Shown here: positions 8,803-16,714 of the stretch, piece after piece | Layout: every line of letters starts with the position of its first letter | Position numbering within the stretch: position 1 is the stretch's first letter | Origin: Aeromicrobium sp. | GTDB taxonomy: Bacteria; Actinomycetota; Actinomycetes; Propionibacteriales; Nocardioidaceae | Length of the DNA stretch: 40,552 nt | Direction of reading: 5' to 3' | Assembly: GCA_036676545.1 (NCBI GenBank) | Contig: JAKFCR010000123.1 | Span: forward strand, 1 to 40,552 | Translations under genes and position numbers: made by a program | The notes under the pieces: model-generated | Seen by the model: only the letters and a program-made list of their open reading frames with translations | Told to the model about the DNA's origin: nothing | The model's database searches: none

Positions 8803-10661
8803 TCACCCTCCTTTATGCACAGCTCGATGAAGTGGTTGCCGAGCTCGGCTGCACCGAACGGCATTCCGCGCACGGCGTTGTAGCCCTCGGCATCGACGAG
8901 GTACTTCGCCCGAAGGAGGCTACGCAGCTGTCCGAGGTTCATCTCCGGAACCACGACCCTCTCGTACGCGGCCAGCACTTCGCCGAGATTGGCCGGGAAT
9001 GGGTTGAGGTGCCGCAGATGAGCCTGTGCGATGCGATGACCTGCGATGCGAGCCCGGCGGCAACCCGCACCGATCGGACCGTACGTCGAGCCCCAACCGA
9101 TCACCAAGATCTTGGCGTGGCCGTCAGGATCATCGACCTCGAGCTCCGGGATGGTGGCTGCGATGCCGTCGATCTTGGCCTGCCGGGCGCGGACCATGAA
9201 GTCGTGATTGGACGGATCGTACGAGATGTCACCCGTGCCGTCGGCCTTCTCCAAGCCGCCAATGCGGTGCTCCAGACCTGCGACTCCGGGCGGCGCCCAC
9301 GGGCGAGCGAGCGTCTGTGCGTCGCGAGCGTAGGGCAGGAACGGCGAATCGGGGTCGACTTCGGCGAACGCCGGTTCGATCCTGGGCAGCGTCTCGACGT
9401 CGGGCAGGCTCCACGGCTCGGAGCCGTTGGCGAGGTAGCCGTCGGATAGCAGGATCACGGGCGTCCGGTATGTCACAGCGATCCGGGCGGCCTCGAGCGC
9501 TGCGTCAAAGCAGTCGGCGGGTGACTGCGCAGCCACGACTGGCACGGGCGCCTCACCGTTGCGACCGTTCATGGCCTGCAGCAGGTCGGACTGCTCGGTC
9601 TTGGTTGGCAGTCCGGTGGACGGCCCACCGCGTTGAACGTCGACGATCACCAGCGGGACCTCAAGCATGACTGCCAAGCCGATCGTCTCGCCCTTGAGCG
9701 CGAGCCCCGGGCCGGACGTCGTGGTGACGCCGAGTGCTCCGCCATAGCTCGCACCGAGAGCGGCGCCAATGCCTGCGATCTCGTCCTCAGCCTGGAATGT
9801 GGTGACGCCGAACGCCTTGTGCCTGGACAGCTCGTGCAGCAGATCGGAGGCTGGAGTGATCGGATAGGCGCCGAGGAAGACCTGGAGCCCAGAGAGCTGG
9901 CCAGCTGCGACGATCCCGTACGCCAGCGCGGTGTTGCCGGTGATGTTGCGATAGCGACCGGGCGGGATCACGGCCGGCTTGACGACGTACGAGACTGCAA
10001 ACGACTCGGTCGTCTCGCCGTAGTTGTAGCCCGTACGCAGCGCGGCGATGTTGCCATCGCGGATGTCCGGCGCCGAGGTGAACTTCTTGCTGAGGAACGC
10101 GACGCTGCCGTCGATCGGTCGGCCGAACATCCAGCTCACCAGTCCGAGGGCGAACATGTTCTTGGCTCGTGAGGCGTCCTTGCGCGACAGACCGAACTCC
10201 GCGACCGCGCCGATCGTCAGCCCGGTCAGGTCGATCGCATGTAGCTGGTAGTCGCTCAGCGAGCCATCCTCAAGGGGGTTGGACTCATAGCCGACGCGCT
10301 TGAGATTGCGATCGGTGAACTCGTGGGCGTCGACGATCGCGGTGCCGCCGGCCTGGAGGTCACCGATGTTGGCCTTGAGCGCCGCGGGATTCATCGCGAC
10401 CAGGACATCTGGGTGGTCGCCCGGCGTGAGGATGTCGTAGTCGGCGAAATGGATCTGGAACGACGAGACTCCCGGCAGCGTCCCTGCCGGCGCGCGGATC
10501 TCGGCGGGGAAGTTGGGCAGCGTCGACAGGTCGTTGCCGAAGTCGGCTGTCTCCTGCGTGAACCGATCGCCGGTCAGCTGCATACCGTCGCCGGAGTCGC
10601 CCGCGAAACGAATGACGACGCGCGAGAGCTCTTCAGTCGACTTCGACGCGGTCATCGTCAC
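8799..10661 (-). CDS. korA: 2-oxoacid:ferredoxin oxidoreductase alpha subunit (fused gamma/alpha)
   Basis: FAGDSGDGMQLTG, YPITPAS, QAEDEIA, TSGPG and QRGGPSTGLPTK motifs. Start is GTG 10661 or ATG 10655. Confidence 0.93.
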   Translation of the reverse strand: MTMTASKSTEELSRVVIRFAGDSGDGMQLTGDRFTQETADFGNDLSTLPNFPAEIRAPAGTLPGVSSFQIHFADYDILTPGDHPDVLVAMNPAALKANIGDLQAGGTAIVDAHEFTDRNLKRVGYESNPLEDGSLSDYQLHAIDLTGLTIGAVAEFGLSRKDASRAKNMFALGLVSWMFGRPIDGSVAFLSKKFTSAPDIRDGNIAALRTGYNYGETTESFAVSYVVKPAVIPPGRYRNITGNTALAYGIVAAGQLSGLQVFLGAYPITPASDLLHELSRHKAFGVTTFQAEDEIAGIGAALGASYGGALGVTTTSGPGLALKGETIGLAVMLEVPLVIVDVQRGGPSTGLPTKTEQSDLLQAMNGRNGEAPVPVVAAQSPADCFDAALEAARIAVTYRTPVILLSDGYLANGSEPWSLPDVETLPRIEPAFAEVDPDSPFLPYARDAQTLARPWAPPGVAGLEHRIGGLEKADGTGDISYDPSNHDFMVRARQAKIDGIAATIPELEVDDPDGHAKILVIGWGSTYGPIGAGCRRARIAGHRIAQAHLRHLNPFPANLGEVLAAYERVVVPEMNLGQLRSLLRAKYLVDAEGYNAVRGMPFGAAELGNHFIELCIKEGE

Positions 10662-10662
10662 C

Positions 10663-10791
10663 TGCCTTGAGTGCTCTACCCCTCACGTTACCCATCGAGC
10701 GGTGAAGAATTGGCCGTTGCTCAAGGTTCAGATGATCGCGGCGAGACGCCCGATCGATCGAGGAGAAGGTGCAAAACGAGCACTCAAGGCA
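10663..10791. repeat. Perfect 14-bp inverted repeat (TGCCTTGAGTGCTC / GAGCACTCAAGGCA) enclosing 101 bp
   Basis: Arms at 10663-10676 and 10778-10791. An 8-bp direct repeat TCGTCACC lies outside them at 10655-10662 and 10795-10802. Confidence 0.85.
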
Positions 10792-10848
10792 ATGTCGTCA
10801 CCGATTCGTGCGTGTTGAGGGAAAGTTTCAGAAACCTTCGGGAAACGC

Positions 10849-10878
10849 TTGACGGCAAGATTGTTAGCGTTAACAATC
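10849..10878 (+). promoter_or_regulatory. Arabinose operon promoter overlapped by a LacI-family operator
   Basis: TTGACG (10849-54), 17 bp, AACAAT (10872-77). Palindrome GATTGTTAGCGTTAACAATC (10859-78; 9/10 pairs, central CG) has the form of a LacI operator, and the operon encodes a LacI regulator. Confidence 0.8.
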
Positions 10879-10911
10879 GGTACGACAACCGATGTGCTTC
10901 AGGTCACAAAT

Positions 10912-11041
10912 GGGGCTCGTCGGCTGTCGAAAGACGGATCCTCTCCCGGGGAGATGTCTTCGATGCAATCGGATGTCCGCCCGAAAGCATCACGAATCTC
11001 CCGGGGCCGAACGTGCCCTGGGTGCCATCCCAGATGGAGGA
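10912..11041 (+). ncRNA. Candidate structured 5'-UTR (three-way junction with anti-SD)
   Basis: Manual pairing gives P1 10912-24/11006-19, a GAAA tetraloop hairpin at 10925-36 and a long P3 at 10945-11005. Junction TCCTCT is complementary to the SD GGAGGA. Confidence 0.4.
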
Positions 11042-11047
11042 AAAGCA

Positions 11048-12040
11048 GTGTTCAAGAATCTGATGGTTGCGTCAGCGACCGTAGTGTTCGCCGGCAGCCT
11101 GGCTGCCTGCGGTAGCAGTGATGGCGGTGCGGACGATGCAGGCGGTTCCGACAAGATCACGATGGGCTTCGCACAGGTTGGCGCCGAGAGTGGTTGGCGG
11201 ACAGCAAACACCAAGTCGATCCAGGCCTCGGCCAAGGAAGCCGGAATCGAGCTGAAGTTCTCCGATGCGCAGCAGAAGCAGGAGAACCAGATCAAGGCGA
11301 TCCGTTCGTACATCCAGCAAAAGGTGGATGTCATCGCGTTCAGCCCCGTTGTCGAGACCGGCTGGGACACTGTCCTGCAGGAAGCCAAGCGCGCCAAGAT
11401 TCCAGTGATCCTGACTGACCGCGCCGTCGACTCCGAAGACACCTCGCTCTACAAGACGTTCCTCGGCTCCGACTTCGTCCTCGAGGGCGAGAAGGCCGGC
11501 CAGTGGGTCGTCGACAACGCCGAGACCAACGACGTCAACAAGGACGGCAAGATCAACGTCGTCGAGATCCAGGGTTCGACTGGTGCCGCTCCGGCGATCG
11601 ACCGCAAGGAAGGCTTCGAGGACAAGATCGCGGCCGACTCGAACATCAAGATCGTCGCTTCTCAGACGGGTGAATTCACCCGTGACGGTGGCAAGAAGGT
11701 CATGGAGGCGTTCCTCAAGTCCCAGAAGGACATTGACGTCGTCTATGCACACAACGATGACGAGGGTCTCGGCGCTATCGAGGCGATCGAGGCGGCCGGG
11801 CTCAAGCCAGGCGTCGACATCAAGATCATCACGGTCGATGCCGTCAAGGACGGTATGACCGCGCTTGCGGCCGGCAAGATCAACTACATCGTGGAGTGCA
11901 ACCCGCTCCTCGGTCCTCAGTTGATGGACCTCGCCGAGAAGGTCGTCGCCGGCGAAGAGGTCCCACAGCGCGTGGAGACCGAAGAAGGCGCCTTCGACCA
12001 GGAGCAGGCCAAGGCCGTCCTGGCAGACCGTCAGTACTGA
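11048..12040 (+). CDS. Sugar ABC substrate-binding lipoprotein, YtfQ (galactofuranose/arabinose) type
   Basis: GGAGGA RBS then GTG 11048; lipobox LAAC; GFAQVGAESGWRTANT and DAQQKQENQIKAIRS are YtfQ-like. Confidence 0.9.
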   Translation: MFKNLMVASATVVFAGSLAACGSSDGGADDAGGSDKITMGFAQVGAESGWRTANTKSIQASAKEAGIELKFSDAQQKQENQIKAIRSYIQQKVDVIAFSPVVETGWDTVLQEAKRAKIPVILTDRAVDSEDTSLYKTFLGSDFVLEGEKAGQWVVDNAETNDVNKDGKINVVEIQGSTGAAPAIDRKEGFEDKIAADSNIKIVASQTGEFTRDGGKKVMEAFLKSQKDIDVVYAHNDDEGLGAIEAIEAAGLKPGVDIKIITVDAVKDGMTALAAGKINYIVECNPLLGPQLMDLAEKVVAGEEVPQRVETEEGAFDQEQAKAVLADRQY

Positions 12041-12055
12041 GCAACATCAGGAATG

Positions 12056-12085
12056 GGGGCCCTGCGCCGCTGAGCGCAGGGCCCC
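12056..12085 (+). terminator. 12-bp GC-rich hairpin after the binding-protein gene (mRNA stabiliser or attenuator)
   Basis: GGGGCCCTGCGC-cgctga-GCGCAGGGCCCC with no U-tract, inside the operon. Confidence 0.7.
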
Positions 12086-12110
12086 ACCCCAACCTTCTAG
12101 AAGCGAAGAG

Positions 12111-13667
12111 ATGATCCAGATGACAGCCGAAGCCGCGCAGGCCACGCGCACACAGCCCGTCGTGGAGGTGAGCGGTGTGTCGGTGAGCTTTCCCGGTGTC
12201 AAGGCGCTTCAGTCAGTGGGTCTCACGCTCTGGCCCGGCGAGGTGCATGCCCTGATGGGCGAGAATGGAGCCGGCAAGTCGACGCTGATCAAGGCCCTGA
12301 CCGGTGTCTATTCGATCGACGAGGGCACGATCCTCGTCGGGGGCGAAGAGCGCACGTTCCACAGCCCGGCCGAGTCTCAGGCCGCCGGGATCAGCACGGT
12401 CTATCAAGAGATCAACCTGTGCACCAACCTCACGGTCGCCGAGAACATGATGCTCGGCCGTGAACCCCGCTCGTTCGGGCGCATCGACACCCGGGAGATG
12501 AACCGGCGTGCCGGCGACGTCCTGACCCGATTGGGTCTCGAACTCGACCCCAAGTCGCAGCTCGGCACCCACCCCATCGCGATCCAGCAGCTCGTCGCGA
12601 TTGCTCGCGCCGTCGACATCGACGCTGAGCTCCTGATCCTCGACGAGCCCACCTCGAGTCTCGACGCCGATGAGGTCGCGAAGCTGTTCGAGGTCATGCG
12701 CACACTCCGTACGAACGGTGTCGCGATTGTCTTCGTCTCCCACTTCCTCGACCAGGTCTTTGAGGTCTCTGACCGTATGACGGTCTTGCGCAACGGCCAG
12801 TTCGTCGGCGAGTACGTCACCGCCGACACGACGCAGCTCGAGGTCGTACGGGCGATGATCGGCCGCGAGCTCGAGACGCTCGAGAAGATTGAACAGGCCG
12901 CCGAAGAACACACCGTCAAGGCTCAGGGCGCACCGCTTCTGGAGGTACTCCAGCTGGGTCGCAAGGGCAGCGTCGAGGCAGTCGACCTTCAGGTCTTCGA
13001 GGGTGAGGTGATCGGCGTCGCCGGTCTGCTCGGATCGGGCCGTACGGAGCTCGCCCGCCTGCTGTTCGGCGCCGACACGGCTGACAACGGCGACATGCGC
13101 GTGCGCTCCAAGCACACCAAGCTGCGCACGCCGCGGCAGGCGATCGACCAGAAGATCGCGTTCTCGAGCGAGAACCGGCGTTCGGAGGGGGTCATCGAAG
13201 ACCTCTCGATCGCCGACAACATGGTGCTCGCGATGCAGGCGTCGCGCGGCTGGCTCCGCCCGATCCCCGCCAAGACGAAGGATCGCCTGGTGCGCAAGTA
13301 CATCGAGGCGCTCGACATCCGGCCGGCCGACCCCCAGGCGCTGATGCGCAACCTCAGTGGCGGCAACCAGCAGAAGGTCCTGCTCGCGCGCTGGCTCATC
13401 ACCGAGCCGGAACTTCTGATCCTCGACGAGCCCACCCGTGGCATCGACATCGGCGCAAAGGCGCAGATCCAACAGCTCGTCGCCGACCTCGCAAAGGATG
13501 GCATGTCTGTCGTCTTCATCTCCGCCGAGCTTGAGGAGGTTCTGCGACTCAGCGACCGACTCGTCGTGATGCGTGATCGGCGCAAGATCGACGAGCGGGC
13601 CAACGAGGATGTGAGCGTCTCTGACGTTCTGGAGATCATCGCGGGGGAGGTGCGCGCTGATGCGTAG
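12111..13667 (+). CDS. Sugar ABC ATP-binding protein (YtfR-like, two ABC domains)
   Basis: GENGAGKST, LDEPTSSLD, LSGGNQQK and LDEPTRGID motifs. Start is 12111 or 12120. Confidence 0.93.
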   Translation: MIQMTAEAAQATRTQPVVEVSGVSVSFPGVKALQSVGLTLWPGEVHALMGENGAGKSTLIKALTGVYSIDEGTILVGGEERTFHSPAESQAAGISTVYQEINLCTNLTVAENMMLGREPRSFGRIDTREMNRRAGDVLTRLGLELDPKSQLGTHPIAIQQLVAIARAVDIDAELLILDEPTSSLDADEVAKLFEVMRTLRTNGVAIVFVSHFLDQVFEVSDRMTVLRNGQFVGEYVTADTTQLEVVRAMIGRELETLEKIEQAAEEHTVKAQGAPLLEVLQLGRKGSVEAVDLQVFEGEVIGVAGLLGSGRTELARLLFGADTADNGDMRVRSKHTKLRTPRQAIDQKIAFSSENRRSEGVIEDLSIADNMVLAMQASRGWLRPIPAKTKDRLVRKYIEALDIRPADPQALMRNLSGGNQQKVLLARWLITEPELLILDEPTRGIDIGAKAQIQQLVADLAKDGMSVVFISAELEEVLRLSDRLVVMRDRRKIDERANEDVSVSDVLEIIAGEVRADA

Positions 13668-14685
13668 CCTGACGAAGCACGCACTGTTCTGGCCGCTTTT
13701 CGCCCTCGTGCTGCTGCTGGTCGTCAACGTCATCGCGACGCCGTCGTTCTTCTCGATCCGGGTCCAGGACGGGCACCTCTACGGAAGTCTCATCGACATT
13801 CTGCGCAACGGCGCACCGACGCTGCTGATCGCACTAGGTATGACGCTTGTCATCGCGACGCGAGGTATCGACCTGTCGGTTGGCGCGATCGTCGCGATCT
13901 CCGGTGCTGTGGCGTGCACCTACATGGCCGGCTCGCCAGACGAGTCGACCGCCGGACGTGCCATCGTCGCGATGAGCATGGCGGTGGGAGTCAGCATCCT
14001 GCTCGGTCTATGGAACGGCTTCCTGGTCTCCGTGCTTGGGATCCAACCGATCATCGCAACCCTCGTCCTCATGACGGCGGGCCGCGGCCTGGCAATGCTG
14101 ATCACCGATGGCCAGATCACCACGGTCAACAACGCGGCATTCAAGAAGGTCGGCGCGGGCTTCGTGATGGGACTCCCGGTCGCCATCCTGATCGCCTTGG
14201 CCGTCTTCGCGATCACCGCACTGCTCACTCGCCGCACGGCGCTCGGCATGCTCATCGAGGCAGTCGGCATCAACCCCGAGGCGAGCCGACTCGCCGGCGT
14301 ACGAGCCCGCACGATCACCTGGACCGTGTACGTCTTCGTCGCGTTCTGCGCCGGAATCGCCGGATTGATGATCGCCTCCAACACGAGCGCCGCCGATGCG
14401 AACAGTGCCGGCCTCTGGATCGAGCTCGACGCAATCCTGGCGGTTGTCATAGGCGGCACGTCCCTCGCCGGAGGCCGCTTCTCCCTGACCGGCACATTGA
14501 TCGGTGCGATGTTCATCCAGACCCTCGCGACGACGATTCCCACGATCGGCATCCCTGCCGAGACCAACTATCTGTTCAAGGCCGTCGCGGTGATCGCGGT
14601 CTGCCTCCTCCAGTCACCCAAGGCCCGCGCGGCGCTGTCCGTGCGACGAACGTCGTCCCTGCACGCGAAGGGAGCTTCCGCATGA
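13660..14685 (+). CDS. Sugar ABC permease (YtfT-like)
   Basis: GMTLVIATRGIDLSVG and ELDAILAVVIGGTSL motifs. Confidence 0.92.
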   Translation: MRSLTKHALFWPLFALVLLLVVNVIATPSFFSIRVQDGHLYGSLIDILRNGAPTLLIALGMTLVIATRGIDLSVGAIVAISGAVACTYMAGSPDESTAGRAIVAMSMAVGVSILLGLWNGFLVSVLGIQPIIATLVLMTAGRGLAMLITDGQITTVNNAAFKKVGAGFVMGLPVAILIALAVFAITALLTRRTALGMLIEAVGINPEASRLAGVRARTITWTVYVFVAFCAGIAGLMIASNTSAADANSAGLWIELDAILAVVIGGTSLAGGRFSLTGTLIGAMFIQTLATTIPTIGIPAETNYLFKAVAVIAVCLLQSPKARAALSVRRTSSLHAKGASA

Positions 14686-15695
14686 GCGCGCAGGCACCGA
14701 CCATCAAAGACCTCGGCAGCTCGTTGCCCGACTCGATCCGCCGCTTCACGCCGCCGCCTCGCTTCTATCCGGTCATCGCCACGTTCGCTCTGTTCATCGG
14801 AATGTTCGGGGCTGGCAGCATCCGGTACGAAGGGTTCTCGTCGCCGCAGACCGTCCTCAGCGTGCTGGTCGACAACTCGTTCCTGATTGTCCTCGCGGTC
14901 GGCATGACGTTCGTGATCCTGACCGGAGGCATCGACCTGTCGGTCGGATCGGTCGTGGCGCTGTCCACCATGATCGCTGCGTCGACTCTGCGCGCCGGGT
15001 GGTCCGCTCCGCTGGTGGTCGTCGCGGTCCTGCTGACCGGCTCGGTGTTGGGCCTGCTGATGGGCCTGGTGATCCACTACTTCGAGATCCAGCCGTTCAT
15101 CGTGACGCTCGCCGGCATGTTTCTCGCCCGTGGCCTCTGCTACGTCATCAGCCTCGAGTCGATCCCGATCAAGAACGAGACCTTCACGTCCTTCGCGAGC
15201 GGCACGATCGAGCTCGGCGACTATTTCATCACCCCGTCTGTCGTGGTGGCCCTGATCGTGCTGGTGATCGCTGCGGTGGTCCTGCACATGACGCGCTTCG
15301 GCCGCACCGTCTACGCCGTGGGTGGCAGCGAGCAGTCCGCTCTGCTGATGGGGCTGGCGGTCGCTCGTACCAAGGTGGGCGTCTATGTCATCAGCGGGTT
15401 CTGCTCTGCGCTCGCCGGACTCCTGTTCTCGATCTACACCCTGTCGGGCTACAACCTCGGCGCCGTCGGAATGGAGCTCGATGCCATCGCCGCAGTGGTC
15501 ATCGGCGGAACGCTGCTGACGGGCGGCTCGGGCCTGGTGCTCGGCTCGGCGGTGGGCGTCCTGGTGCTCGGCTTGATCCAGTCGTTCATCTCGTTCGACG
15601 GCACGCTCAGCTCCTGGTGGACCAAGATTACGATCGGCGTGCTCCTTCTGGTGTTCGTCCTGATCCAGCGACTCTTCACTCGGAGGGCTGTGTGA
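14682..15695 (+). CDS. Sugar ABC permease (YjfF-like)
   Basis: C-terminal part of ORF 13914..15695; ATG 14682 overlaps the upstream stop. GMTFVILTGGIDLSVG, ELDAIAAVVIGG and FDGTLSSWWTKI motifs. Confidence 0.92.
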   Translation: MSAQAPTIKDLGSSLPDSIRRFTPPPRFYPVIATFALFIGMFGAGSIRYEGFSSPQTVLSVLVDNSFLIVLAVGMTFVILTGGIDLSVGSVVALSTMIAASTLRAGWSAPLVVVAVLLTGSVLGLLMGLVIHYFEIQPFIVTLAGMFLARGLCYVISLESIPIKNETFTSFASGTIELGDYFITPSVVVALIVLVIAAVVLHMTRFGRTVYAVGGSEQSALLMGLAVARTKVGVYVISGFCSALAGLLFSIYTLSGYNLGAVGMELDAIAAVVIGGTLLTGGSGLVLGSAVGVLVLGLIQSFISFDGTLSSWWTKITIGVLLLVFVLIQRLFTRRAV

Positions 15696-16714
15696 CCCCG
15701 AATCCTCAGCACGCGCCGGTCATGGCCGATGTCGCCAAGGTCGCGGGCGTCTCGCACCAGACCGTCTCACGGGTCATCAACGGCATGCCCAACATCAAGC
15801 AGTCGACCCGCGAGCGGGTCGAGGCTGCGATCAAGGAGCTCGGTTACCGACCCAACACGGCCGCCCGTGCTCTCGTGACCCGCAAGTCGTCGACGATCGG
15901 GATCATCAGCACCGAGACCGGACTCTACGGACCCAACAGCATCCACCGTACGGTCGAGGACGCTGCACGCCAGGCAGGCTACTTCGCCGGGTCGGTGAGC
16001 CTGTCGACCGTGACGACTGAGTCGCTGACTGACGCGATCGACCACCTGCTGCGCCAGTCGGTTGACGGCATCGTCATGATCGCTGCGCAGTATGCAGCGC
16101 TCGACGTGATCCACCACCAGGACCCGGGCGTACCGCTCGTCGTGGTCGAGGGTGACCTGTCCAAGGCCAAGTTCGCAGTCGGGGTCGACCAGCACCGCGG
16201 TGCATACGAGGCCACGAAGCACCTGCTCGATCTCGGGCACACCTCGATCGCGCATGTACGCGGGCCGATGGACTGGACCGAGGCGGAAGCCCGCCGCCAG
16301 GGGTGGGAAGCTGCGCTGAAGGACGCTGGCCAGGAGGTCGGTCCGCTCTACAACGGCGACTGGACACCGCGTAGCGGCTATATCGCAGGACGTCAGCTGC
16401 TGGACGCGCCCGGTCCGACGGCGGTGTTCGTCGCCAACGACCAGATGACGATCGGCCTGATGCATGCACTGGGCGAAGCCGGCATCGCCGTGCCGGACGA
16501 CATCAGCATCGTTGGTTTCGACGACGCTCCCGAGGCGGAGTTCCTCAACCCGTCGCTGACGACCGTACGACAGAACTTCCAGGAAGTCGGCCGCCGCGCG
16601 ATCGCAGTCCTGCACGCCGCGATCCTCGGCGAGAACGAAGATCTTCCGCGACTCATCGAGCCCGAGCTGATCCTCCGCTCGAGCACCTCGGCACCCCGAA
16701 AGGCCCGTAAGTGA
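15692..16714 (+). CDS. LacI-family transcriptional regulator (probable arabinose repressor)
   Basis: HTH MADVAKVAGVSHQTVSRVIN, YRPNTAARAL and VPDDISIVGFDD motifs. GTGA overlap with the permease stop. Confidence 0.93.
   Translation: MTPNPQHAPVMADVAKVAGVSHQTVSRVINGMPNIKQSTRERVEAAIKELGYRPNTAARALVTRKSSTIGIISTETGLYGPNSIHRTVEDAARQAGYFAGSVSLSTVTTESLTDAIDHLLRQSVDGIVMIAAQYAALDVIHHQDPGVPLVVVEGDLSKAKFAVGVDQHRGAYEATKHLLDLGHTSIAHVRGPMDWTEAEARRQGWEAALKDAGQEVGPLYNGDWTPRSGYIAGRQLLDAPGPTAVFVANDQMTIGLMHALGEAGIAVPDDISIVGFDDAPEAEFLNPSLTTVRQNFQEVGRRAIAVLHAAILGENEDLPRLIEPELILRSSTSAPRKARK

Noticed and set aside
7744-10661. KorAB as the electron source for the nearby P450
   Set aside because: No ferredoxin gene in the window, and the genes are in separate, convergent units; proximity alone is insufficient.
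10921-10940. c-di-GMP-I riboswitch suggested by the GAAA tetraloop
   Set aside because: The flanking conserved GGCAAAC and GACGCAAAGC-type elements are absent.
10892-11047. N-terminal extension of the binding-protein ORF
   Set aside because: The SD and lipoprotein signal fit GTG 11048; the upstream sequence is better explained as 5'-UTR.
12213-13733. 506-aa antisense ORF over the ABC ATPase (likewise 21610..22965, 33910..35181, 5253..6290)
   Set aside because: Shadow ORFs expected from high-GC codon bias; no motifs, and each overlaps a well-supported gene.
13914-15691. Apparent 593-aa permease and 571-aa LacI ORFs
   Set aside because: The extensions are off-frame overlaps; coupled starts at 14682 and 15692 give normal-sized proteins.
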